A stretch of 64,000 bases of DNA from a virus (Duplodnaviria > Caudoviricetes). The translations under genes were made by a program, and so were the position numbers. The notes beneath the pieces were generated by a model. That model ran no database searches. It was not told the DNA's origin and saw nothing but the letters and a program-made list of their open reading frames with translations. The stretch spans positions 1-64,000 of IMG/VR virus record IMGVR_UViG_3300035499_000517; one strand, 5' to 3'. Shown one piece after another: positions 36,694 to 45,603 of the stretch (positions are counted from its first letter, which is position 1; each line of letters begins with the position of its first letter).

Positions 36694-37563
36694 ATGAGCA
36701 GACGTCAGTACAATGGTGGGCGCCAGAACGGCAATTACAATAACCGTAATGGAGTAGGATCCGCCGGAAATAACGGCCAGAATGGTCAGAACAACAACGG
36801 AGGGAATGGGCAGCCGAGATATACAAAGGTTGGTATGGTAGATCCTTCCGCTTATGGAACATTATCCAAGCGCGTAGTTTCTAAGGACTACACGACTAAG
36901 GATGTAAAGAACTATTTGCAGGACCAGGCTGCAAGAGTTGACAAGATGATTTCAACTGTGCTTGGTATCGAAGTTCCTGCAACGAAGATTGAAGTGATGA
37001 GCTTCAACATGAGCAGCAATTCGGAGAAACATCCGTTCGTGCCTTTCGTAATGACAGTAACGACAAACGTGCTCGACAATGCAGCGGAGTATGAGGAGTT
37101 GCCTTCCGTGTTCCGTCCGTCTCATGATGATGGGGTGCACATCAATGATGCATACTATGATATGATCTTCAAGAAATTCATGTATGACAAGGATGATGCA
37201 AAGTGCTTCAGCAATCAGAGCTGGAGAAAGCAGATGAACATCCAGGCAAACTTCAAAGTTTTAAGAGACATCCGCGGCTTATTACAGCCGAAGCTTCAGT
37301 TCCCGGAAGATGACAGAGACAATATCTCGGCAGCAAAGATCATCGTGATCTTGGATCCGCTGAGAATTTTCAAAGCAATGATGTATGACGCAAACAATCC
37401 GAGAGAGAAGTATCGTGCAGGTATCAAAGAGGCTCGCCGAATCGATGGACAGAATTTCCGGTTCCGCGTTGAGCGCGAAGTAATCGAGAATGGCAATCGT
37501 TATGGTGACAATATTGAGATCTTAAAGGAGTTCCTTGCAAGAGGAAATTCCGGCATGGCTTAA
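36694..37563 (+). CDS. Hypothetical abundant early protein with Gly/Asn-rich N-terminus
   Basis: Start moved to ATG 36694 (AAGGAGG RBS); strong codon bias; early motif at 36554. Confidence 0.85.
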   Translation: MSRRQYNGGRQNGNYNNRNGVGSAGNNGQNGQNNNGGNGQPRYTKVGMVDPSAYGTLSKRVVSKDYTTKDVKNYLQDQAARVDKMISTVLGIEVPATKIEVMSFNMSSNSEKHPFVPFVMTVTTNVLDNAAEYEELPSVFRPSHDDGVHINDAYYDMIFKKFMYDKDDAKCFSNQSWRKQMNIQANFKVLRDIRGLLQPKLQFPEDDRDNISAAKIIVILDPLRIFKAMMYDANNPREKYRAGIKEARRIDGQNFRFRVEREVIENGNRYGDNIEILKEFLARGNSGMA

Positions 37564-37584
37564 TGAAGTCAACCGAAGTGGGAA

Positions 37585-37908
37585 GTGGTAAATGCTGCTT
37601 CCCACTTTACTTATCGAGAGGAGAACGAGATGTCAATGTCAGAATTTAAAATTGCTTATGAAAATCAGACTGGGCAGTATCGAAGAAAAAGATTCGAGCT
37701 GTCAATCCCTGTAATCATTCCTCAGGAAGCAATGAAATTTGTCAATGAGTTCAAGAGTATCATCACAGATGATGAGAAACCTGAATTAGAAGACAAGAAA
37801 ACAAAGAAGTCCAAGAAGAAGGACAAATCCAATGAGGAAACGATTCAATTATCAAGTATTGGCATGATCGCGGCCGCTACCGTCCTGGCTGCGCTTGCAA
37901 AAGATTAG
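37585..37908 (+). CDS. Hypothetical protein with hydrophobic C-terminus
   Basis: ORF; likely start at MSMSEF after a GAGGAG RBS. Confidence 0.65.
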   Translation: MVNAASHFTYREENEMSMSEFKIAYENQTGQYRRKRFELSIPVIIPQEAMKFVNEFKSIITDDEKPELEDKKTKKSKKKDKSNEETIQLSSIGMIAAATVLAALAKD

Positions 37909-38063
37909 GTATTCCTCAAGGTGAATTTGGGCACCTAAAAGGATAAAAAATACCAACACTCTTTCTGTGTAATAAACCCAAAGTGAAAGGATGAGTTTTA
38001 CTCGCTCATCCTTTCTTTTTTATCTTTGAAAGTATGAAAAAACTTTTGTAATAAGAGAGGACG

Positions 38064-39167
38064 GTGTATACAAATATGGAAAGTAGTAATCAGTTTTCAG
38101 TTTATTTTAATCTACTGAAAATCCGTTATAGTGTATACGACGAATCATTAACCCGTGCAGATTTCTTAACCCCAGAAGATAAAGTAAATGTATTTATTAA
38201 CCTGGAAACTGCACTCAAATACTTATCAATGGTTCGCGATTTAGAGAAGAAATTAATTGTGAGCCGTAATTTTGCAGACGAATTCAAAGTGGATATTGTA
38301 AATATAGCGGCACATTACAAAGATTTCTTTGTAGGAAATGGATTGGATACAAAAGTATTCATTTATATGACGGATTTAACTTCTGATATCGAAGCATTCA
38401 AAGAATGTAGCGTCTCAGAAGATTTCCGTTCTTATTATATCATGAAATACACACAGAACCCGAAATTTATTATGTTGGGAGATGCTTTAATAAGAGATAT
38501 CTTACCCGATGTTCGGATGCTCTGTGATTATATACCGAACGTGTACTTTATTAGTGCACACAACATTGATGGTGGCTTGATTCCTTACATCATAGGAAAC
38601 CACTATCCGGATCGAAAGAATCTAATTATCTCAGGAGATTTGCATGATACGCAATATTCTCATGAGAAGAATTTCTTAGATCATTTATACAGCAGGACAT
38701 ACAACAACAGCGTGTTCTGTTGTCAAACCAATCAGTTTCTCAAGGTCATTGCAAAGACAAAAGATGAAGTCGATGACTTTTATGTGAAGCTGTTTGAGAA
38801 TCCTTCGTTTTATCGCATTCTCTTAGCTTGTTTAGGAGATAAATATCGTTCCATACCAGGACTTAGTGGGATCAAGTTTGTAAAGATGGCAAGAATCTTA
38901 TCAGAAGCAATTGGAATGGAGAAAATCAGAGAAGATACAACCAATCCAAAACTTCTTGCAGATTTATTTCCGGAAGAAGTCCGAGAAGATATCTATATGA
39001 ATCTTATGGTTACTGATATTAAGAATGACTATGCAATGATTACAGAGGGTGACAAACGAACGATTATCAGTCAGATTGTAGATCAATCTGACATTAATAC
39101 ACTACAGCAACTCAATGCAACACGATTCGCAAAGAATCAATTGCATTTAGAGATGCTTCTGAAATAA
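38064..39167 (+). CDS. 5'-3' exonuclease/FEN-like protein (divergent)
   Basis: LIISGDLHDTQ and LGDKYRSIPGLSGIK resemble the ISSDKD..Q and GD.SDNIPGV.GIG H3TH motifs; several acidic residues differ. Confidence 0.55.
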   Translation: MYTNMESSNQFSVYFNLLKIRYSVYDESLTRADFLTPEDKVNVFINLETALKYLSMVRDLEKKLIVSRNFADEFKVDIVNIAAHYKDFFVGNGLDTKVFIYMTDLTSDIEAFKECSVSEDFRSYYIMKYTQNPKFIMLGDALIRDILPDVRMLCDYIPNVYFISAHNIDGGLIPYIIGNHYPDRKNLIISGDLHDTQYSHEKNFLDHLYSRTYNNSVFCCQTNQFLKVIAKTKDEVDDFYVKLFENPSFYRILLACLGDKYRSIPGLSGIKFVKMARILSEAIGMEKIREDTTNPKLLADLFPEEVREDIYMNLMVTDIKNDYAMITEGDKRTIISQIVDQSDINTLQQLNATRFAKNQLHLEMLLK

Positions 39168-39168
39168 G

Positions 39169-40422
39169 GTGGTGAATATGAACCTATTAGATGAAAAAGA
39201 TCAAATAGTATTTTACAAGTATCGAGTAAAGGAATTATATCTTTTATTTGAAGATGAAAATTATAAGTTGAATAATAGCCGTCTTAAAGACGTTATATTT
39301 ATCGAGGATTACATAGAGAATTTATACCCGATCTTTAAGGTTGATATCGCAGTAGAAAAATCTGTTTATATGAAGATCATTAAGAATAAAGATACTTTAA
39401 AGATCAAAGCCAATATTCAGAAGTTCTATCGTATTGGAGATAGCTCTGAGAAGTCCGTTTATTATTCTTATATCAACGACACGTTCCAATTAATTTTGGA
39501 TGATGACGATGATGACCTTGGTAAAGATGCTTATGAAAAAGAGTTCCCTGATGGGGATGAAGATAAAGTAGATGCAATTATCGTGACAATGGAATTATTC
39601 TTATTTAAGAAGAATACGATAAAGGGAAGTCGTACGCTTCTGAATAAGATATTCCAGAAATGCACAATTACAAATGCAATTATGTATCTCCTTGGAAGAC
39701 TCGGAGTTACAAATGTCCTTATGGATAAAGCAGATAATAAAACCAGTTATGATGAATTGAAACTTCCTCCACTTACTATAAATGAGGAGTTTCGTTTCTT
39801 AGATTCCTATTATGGAATTCATAAACATGGAACAGTGACCTATTTTGGGTTAACACGTTCTTATATCTTACGCTTCTATTCTACAACGAATGCGTATGAA
39901 AAAGGAGAGATTGAAGATGTTTGTTTTATCATACCAAAGAAAGGATCTTCTGTGACAGATTCCTATGCAATGGTAGATAAAGCAGCGGATAAAACGAAAT
40001 ATTACATTATCGTAGATCCAGATCAATTTACTCCACAAACACAAAGCACAACACAGTCTGTATTAAGTGCGGAGAATATTACCGTTGTTCATTCTTCCAG
40101 TGGTGAAATTGAAGAAGATACCTCTGATGAAGGAGATTCTAATAACAAGAAAATTATTGTGGCTCATGGAGTAAATCCATACTACACGAAGATGTACCAC
40201 AATATTATTCGAAGTGCAGAATCTGTTATTGAGGTATTCGTAAAAGATTGTGATATCTCTGTACTGGAACCAAATAAACATTATTCCTTCTTGTTTGAGG
40301 ATACGTCTCTTGCGAAGAAGTATAAAGGAAAATACTTCCTTTGTAAAAAAGAGGCAATTTTAAGCAAGCAAGGTACTGAGTTTGAGTGTGGCGCAACGCT
40401 AACACTTCGAAAAATGTCTTAA
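39169..40422 (+). CDS. Putative baseplate hub/tail protein
   Basis: 417 aa, beta-rich; C-terminal YKGKYFL...L.LRK pattern as in hub proteins. Confidence 0.4.
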   Translation: MVNMNLLDEKDQIVFYKYRVKELYLLFEDENYKLNNSRLKDVIFIEDYIENLYPIFKVDIAVEKSVYMKIIKNKDTLKIKANIQKFYRIGDSSEKSVYYSYINDTFQLILDDDDDDLGKDAYEKEFPDGDEDKVDAIIVTMELFLFKKNTIKGSRTLLNKIFQKCTITNAIMYLLGRLGVTNVLMDKADNKTSYDELKLPPLTINEEFRFLDSYYGIHKHGTVTYFGLTRSYILRFYSTTNAYEKGEIEDVCFIIPKKGSSVTDSYAMVDKAADKTKYYIIVDPDQFTPQTQSTTQSVLSAENITVVHSSSGEIEEDTSDEGDSNNKKIIVAHGVNPYYTKMYHNIIRSAESVIEVFVKDCDISVLEPNKHYSFLFEDTSLAKKYKGKYFLCKKEAILSKQGTEFECGATLTLRKMS

Positions 40423-40535
40423 TAAGAAGAGAGTAGTCAAAATGCACTACTCTCTTCTTTTTTTTTTCCTCTCCCGTAGATATACACTCAAAAAACAAAT
40501 AGTTAAAATACTTTAAGAAAGGTGGTAAGAAGAAA

Positions 40536-42521
40536 ATGACCGTAGATACTTATTCTGTCTTGAATGGTACTGATCAGAAAAGATTCGATAATGCCAGAGC
40601 GGAACTTGCAAAAGATTATACGCAGTCGGCGGCTAGAGAATTTTACTATGAGTATCAGAATAGACCATTATCATTTCTTCTGAGAAATTCCAGAAATATT
40701 TTCTCAGAGACTTACTACGGACTTGACTTTTACCGCGATCTGATTTCACATCAGATTTTAAATCCAATGGCTTATGCAAGTGAATTGGATAAGGTAAAAG
40801 CTTTCATAAATGAAGCGAAAGCAAAGCGACTTCCGACCGAGCAGGTCATGAAATACATTGAACTTGCCAAACTGCTTGAAGATAAATGTGGTTGCCACAA
40901 AAACCTTGCACACGTTTTCAAGCGGGCACATACATTTCCGGGTGCACCGGAATATTTTACCCAGTTTTTCGATTTGTTAAATGACAAGTCGAATGACTAC
41001 TCTAATCATTTGGCAAGCGATATCTTCGATAATTCGAAGGATCCTTCAATCAGCATTCCTGCTGGTTACTGCCTCTGTGTAAAACACCCACATTACTGCG
41101 GTCATCTGATGAAGTTAAGTTCTCATGGTCATAACTTAACAGATCCGGAAGATATTCGTAGAAAAGAACGCACACGTATGTGTATTCGTGAGATGATGCA
41201 GGATGAAGATGTTCGTAAGAATACTGCTTCATTCCCGAATATTAATCTCTATCCAAAGTGGGCAGTCTATGCAGAATCGGTAGATAAATTACCTGAGCAG
41301 AAGCCGGTTACAGAAGCTGCTGAAAGAAACATCATGTTGGCTGCAAATCCTATTGAAGCCATCTATGAAGCAGTTGAAGACCGTGAACTCATCGAAAAGG
41401 CACAGCTTAGAAAGTATTCAAACCTTGATGAGCTGCATTCTTACTTAGCGGTTTATGTTGAATCGTTACAGGAAGAAGTTATGATGGGTGAGCGTTCAAA
41501 GGGTGATCCTACTCTTGCTTATTATGAAGATGCTTTTGAGCAGGCGGAAGTTGGAATGGCTTGTATGGAGTGGGAATCTGACGGTTCTCCAAATGCTGTC
41601 ATTCAAAAGCAAATCATGACTTCAAAAGAACGTGCTGCACAAACAGCAAAGAAGGAAGCAGAGAAGAATCAGATCCGTTCTGAGGAAGATTCTCTTTCCA
41701 TTATTAAAGAGACTGAGAAAGACTTACTCCAGTTAGAGAAGGATGATTTGGATGAAGAAGAGCAGACTAAGAGGGCAAAAGCTCTGAGGGATGAACTTAG
41801 CGCAAAGCTTCATAAAGAGATTCTTTCCTATCCGGAAGTCAAAGCGGCTATGGTGAAAATCGATAATCTCGTTACTGAAATCTCTTCCTATACAGAGGAC
41901 GGTGATGAGAAAGACGAAAAAGATGATGATCCTACACAGAATGTAGACGATGAGAATGCACCAAGTGATAAGGATCCAAATCAGAAGAAGCCAAAGAAGC
42001 CGAAAGAGGATCTTCCAACGAAGGTTCAGAATAAAGCATTGGATGCTGATGCAAAAATGACAGCAAAGGAAGCAGAAATCGACGAGAAAGCTCAGAAGCT
42101 TAAAAATGCCGGTAATGCAATTTCACAGCACCCAAAAAAGATCGCCGCTGACGTAGATCAGACCATTCAAAACTTTGATAAATGGGACGACAATCGACGG
42201 AAGAATTTCTTATTAAAACCTGGCTATCGCCATAGAATTTTTAAGAAGTTCTTAAACGTGCTTGAGTACGGTGCAGCGGCTTCCATAGGAATCACTTCGG
42301 TTCCGATGCTTTGGTGCATTAAACACTTAAGCAAACAGAAAGACAAACGTATTCGAAACGAACTTGCTCTGGAACTTGATAATGAGATCAAAATCTGTGA
42401 AGAAAAGATTTCTGATGCACAATCCGATGGTGACAGAGAAAAGAAGTACCAGCTCATGCGTATCAAAGATAAGCTGGAAGCTGAACGTACGAGAGTTCGT
42501 ACCAATTCGAAGTATGTATAA
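40536..42521 (+). CDS. Putative virion (inner head) protein
   Basis: 661 aa; late motif 40494-40506; lies upstream of the capsid gene; multiple hydrophobic-x-E sites. Confidence 0.6.
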   Translation: MTVDTYSVLNGTDQKRFDNARAELAKDYTQSAAREFYYEYQNRPLSFLLRNSRNIFSETYYGLDFYRDLISHQILNPMAYASELDKVKAFINEAKAKRLPTEQVMKYIELAKLLEDKCGCHKNLAHVFKRAHTFPGAPEYFTQFFDLLNDKSNDYSNHLASDIFDNSKDPSISIPAGYCLCVKHPHYCGHLMKLSSHGHNLTDPEDIRRKERTRMCIREMMQDEDVRKNTASFPNINLYPKWAVYAESVDKLPEQKPVTEAAERNIMLAANPIEAIYEAVEDRELIEKAQLRKYSNLDELHSYLAVYVESLQEEVMMGERSKGDPTLAYYEDAFEQAEVGMACMEWESDGSPNAVIQKQIMTSKERAAQTAKKEAEKNQIRSEEDSLSIIKETEKDLLQLEKDDLDEEEQTKRAKALRDELSAKLHKEILSYPEVKAAMVKIDNLVTEISSYTEDGDEKDEKDDDPTQNVDDENAPSDKDPNQKKPKKPKEDLPTKVQNKALDADAKMTAKEAEIDEKAQKLKNAGNAISQHPKKIAADVDQTIQNFDKWDDNRRKNFLLKPGYRHRIFKKFLNVLEYGAAASIGITSVPMLWCIKHLSKQKDKRIRNELALELDNEIKICEEKISDAQSDGDREKKYQLMRIKDKLEAERTRVRTNSKYV

Positions 42522-42539
42522 AGTGAGGTGTGAGCTCGA

Positions 42540-43568
42540 ATGATAAAAATCATTGACAAGCGGGAAGCAGAGTTGACAGATTACGAAAAGCAATACTTTC
42601 CGTATTCCGAGGCTCCCGATACTCCACGAAAGAATGTAAAGACAATTAAACTTAAAGTCTCTGACAAGAGACATTATGATTTCCGTAAAGGAGCTGCTGG
42701 TGATGATGAACCAGCAGCTGATCCTACGGATGATGCTCCAGATGATGTTGATGTAACAGACATCGATGATCCTGATGCTGGACCGGAAGATATTCCGGAT
42801 GATACAGGTGATGATACTGGAGCAGATGATACAACTGATATCGATGACCCGGATGCTGGTCCAGAGGATATACCTGATGATACAGGGGATGACACTGGAA
42901 CCGATGACACGGGTGACATTGATGATCCAGATGCAGGCCCGGAAGATATGCCAGATGATGGTGGAGATGAGACCGGTGACGATACAGGAGATGATTCTGA
43001 TATCGTTACAGATGACAATGAGGACATCTCAGAAGACAACACGGGTGATGATACTGGAGACGACGGTGGAGATGATACAGCTGATGACGGCGACGTTGTT
43101 ACTGATGATAATGAAGATATCTCTGCTGATGATACTGGCGATGACACCGGAGATGGTCAGGACCAAAATGGTGACGACCAAGGTGACGATACGGGAGATG
43201 ATGGAGAAGATGGTCAGGATGACAATAGTTCTGATGATAAAATCCATAAGCAGAACCTCTATAAGAAGTTCATGAATCTCCATACAGCAGTTGATGGATA
43301 TACACATAAGTTATCCTCAATGATAGGTGTTGATAATGAAACGAATGAGATGTATACCTCTATTTGTAAACGCCTTCAAGAGCTTCAGGACATGTTATAT
43401 GATTACATGGTCCTTAAGTTTAAAAAGAATGACTATTTACAATCTATGCTGTTTTATCAGCGTTCTATTGCAACGGTTAATATGTGCTTGGATGCTTTGG
43501 CTTCTTTAACAGAAGCAATCCACAAAGATGACAAGTCCTATAAAAAGCCAGCAGATAGTAAGAAATGA
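42540..43568 (+). CDS. Asp-rich repeat protein (possible scaffold/head assembly protein)
   Basis: Central ~180 aa extremely acidic with tandem repeats; helical C-terminus; immediately precedes the capsid gene. Confidence 0.65.
   Translation: MIKIIDKREAELTDYEKQYFPYSEAPDTPRKNVKTIKLKVSDKRHYDFRKGAAGDDEPAADPTDDAPDDVDVTDIDDPDAGPEDIPDDTGDDTGADDTTDIDDPDAGPEDIPDDTGDDTGTDDTGDIDDPDAGPEDMPDDGGDETGDDTGDDSDIVTDDNEDISEDNTGDDTGDDGGDDTADDGDVVTDDNEDISADDTGDDTGDGQDQNGDDQGDDTGDDGEDGQDDNSSDDKIHKQNLYKKFMNLHTAVDGYTHKLSSMIGVDNETNEMYTSICKRLQELQDMLYDYMVLKFKKNDYLQSMLFYQRSIATVNMCLDALASLTEAIHKDDKSYKKPADSKK
42760..43150 (+). repeat. Coding tandem repeats
   Basis: 3 x ~78-nt DIDDPDAGPED(I/M)PDD.GDDTG units and 2 x D(I/V)VTDDNEDIS..(N/D)TGDDTG units. 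Confidence 0.85.
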
Positions 43569-43581
43569 AACAATTCATTAA
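43569..43581 (+). promoter_or_regulatory. Late-type promoter of the capsid gene
   Basis: AACA-ATTCAT-TAA. Confidence 0.7.
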
Positions 43582-43671
43582 AAGTTAACGCATTGGGTTG
43601 AAATCTTTCGAGATGTACGATCTCATGCATTAAACAGATAAATAAAAATCTAATAAAGGAGTGAGAAAAAT

Positions 43672-45474
43672 ATGTCAGCATTACCATATTACATGGAAGA
43701 CGCGGATCCGGATTTCAAGTCCACTGTCACTGTCGGATCTTTTGCCAATGTGAATAAAGCGAATGATTTCGATACAGTATATACAGAAGCTTGCGATAAT
43801 CTGGAGCGCATCCATCAGACAAGAATGAACGGCGGCTTCCTGACCGTAGATACCTTAAGCAACCCGGCAATCGTCGGAGACTTCAAGAAGGATCTTCTGC
43901 AGAGTTTTGAGGAAGCAGCTGATGAGTTAAGTGCTAGATACTCAGCACGTTACAGCTGTGAGAGCGATCCGGACATCGGAAATGCAAGCTCTCTTTACAA
44001 TCAGCTTTCAAACCTGTTTGACAATAAAATCAACGATTTCATGGAGCAGGCCGGCGTAGGTCAGTTGCTTCCGATTAAGGCTATCGACTTCCCGATCATG
44101 GTGAAGAACCAGGTAAAACAGAGCTTCAAGGACGTCGTTAACGAGGAGATTACCCCGAACGTCGTTATCAAGAAGCAGATCGAGCACAAGGTCGTATATG
44201 CTAAGAGAGATCCTTCCAAGGTTTGGGAGTATCCGCAGTGCTTCTTCAACGATGAGTTCAAGGAGCTTGCACTTTACGGTGAGGGAACACCGCTTGATAC
44301 AAAGGCAATGGCGCTTCCGATGTACAACAAACCGATCATCGAGGAGCTTACATCAGCTTCCCTTCCGGATCGTGAGAGAATCACACTGAATCTGCAGATC
44401 GATGCAGTAGATGTTGCATCTGAGACCGAGGACGCAGCAGACATCACAATCAAGTTAAACGTACCGATGTATGTAAACCTTGCTGATGGTGCTTGGATCG
44501 GTGGCAGATTAACAAACGTTAAGTACATGGACGGCGAGACCGAGAAGACTCTTAACGATGTTCTTTCCGGATTCGTTGACTGGACAACAAATACAGTTAC
44601 CCTTACTTCTGCATCTGGCGAAGTTAAGGCTGTTCATTTCTCAGGAAAGCTCAGCAACGAGGGCAACGAGAACACGGTTCGTTTCGCTTACAGACGCGAA
44701 GACCGCGAGTTCAAGGTTGGCGAGGGATTCAAGGCAGATGCTGCTTACAGCTTAGAGCAGCTTCAGGAGCACAAGGCTCTGCTTAACATGGATCTCTATC
44801 AGAAGACCTACACAGATCTTACACAGCTGATCACCGACATGGAGGATTCCAAGGGATTCGATTGGCTGGATGATGAGTTCAAGAAGTATGACGGACTTGA
44901 CCTGGATCCGCTTCAGTGGAATCCGTTGGTTAAGAAGACCAGCTTCGATTGCGATTGCAAGTATGCAACCGTAGCACTTCCGAGCGAGTACATCGCTAAG
45001 GAGCTTAAGTTCAAGATCGACCGCTTCCTCATCGACATCTCTGATGATGTTAAGATGGACAACATGAAGTTCGTTCTTTACGGAAATCCGAGATACATTT
45101 CTCTGATTGATCCGGCAGTAAACTGGGTATTCCGTACAGGCGATCGTGTCGGCGGTGTTAAGCTTGACTACAGCTATGGCGTTATGACATCCGGTGAGAC
45201 AACAATCTACGTTGTTGCTACCAAGAAGTTAAACGCAAAGACTCACAGAAGTCTGCGTCTGATTCCGTTTGCACCGGAAGGCGAGACTATCACCTTCAAG
45301 CGTTACAAGTTCTCTACAGACATCGTAACCAGCAAGGAGTCCGCATACAAAGATACCGAGAGAGTCGGTGGTTCTCAGACATACGTTTGGGGAACTTCCC
45401 GGTACGTCGATGTATCAATCCAGGCTATTCAGGGAGACATCTCGTTCGAGAACGACGATTTCATTACTCTGTAG
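43672..45474 (+). CDS. Major capsid protein precursor (HK97 fold, T4 gp23-like)
   Basis: AAYSLEQLQEHKALLNMDLY resembles gp23 AQYSIELAQDLRAVHGMDAD; very strong codon bias; own late promoter and terminator. Confidence 0.8.
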   Translation: MSALPYYMEDADPDFKSTVTVGSFANVNKANDFDTVYTEACDNLERIHQTRMNGGFLTVDTLSNPAIVGDFKKDLLQSFEEAADELSARYSARYSCESDPDIGNASSLYNQLSNLFDNKINDFMEQAGVGQLLPIKAIDFPIMVKNQVKQSFKDVVNEEITPNVVIKKQIEHKVVYAKRDPSKVWEYPQCFFNDEFKELALYGEGTPLDTKAMALPMYNKPIIEELTSASLPDRERITLNLQIDAVDVASETEDAADITIKLNVPMYVNLADGAWIGGRLTNVKYMDGETEKTLNDVLSGFVDWTTNTVTLTSASGEVKAVHFSGKLSNEGNENTVRFAYRREDREFKVGEGFKADAAYSLEQLQEHKALLNMDLYQKTYTDLTQLITDMEDSKGFDWLDDEFKKYDGLDLDPLQWNPLVKKTSFDCDCKYATVALPSEYIAKELKFKIDRFLIDISDDVKMDNMKFVLYGNPRYISLIDPAVNWVFRTGDRVGGVKLDYSYGVMTSGETTIYVVATKKLNAKTHRSLRLIPFAPEGETITFKRYKFSTDIVTSKESAYKDTERVGGSQTYVWGTSRYVDVSIQAIQGDISFENDDFITL

Positions 45475-45504
45475 TAGCAGCCTGAAACTCTTACAAGAGA
45501 AATT

Positions 45505-45540
45505 AAAAGGAGAGACTGATAAATTAGGTCTCTCCTTTTT
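45505..45540 (+). terminator. Intrinsic terminator
   Basis: AAAAGGAGAGAC / GTCTCTCCTTTT stem. Confidence 0.8.
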
Positions 45541-45603
45541 AACCCCTCACTTTAGTATCCTATAATCGAAATCACAAAAGGTTAATGAAGGGAGGAATTA
45601 TAA

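Noticed and set aside
42760-43150. CRISPR-like array
   Set aside because: Repeats are in-frame coding units with synonymous variation and no unique spacers
42674-43275. Ser/Pro-rich antisense ORF and Met-rich frame-shifted ORF
   Set aside because: By-products of GAT/GAC-rich repeats in the Asp-rich gene
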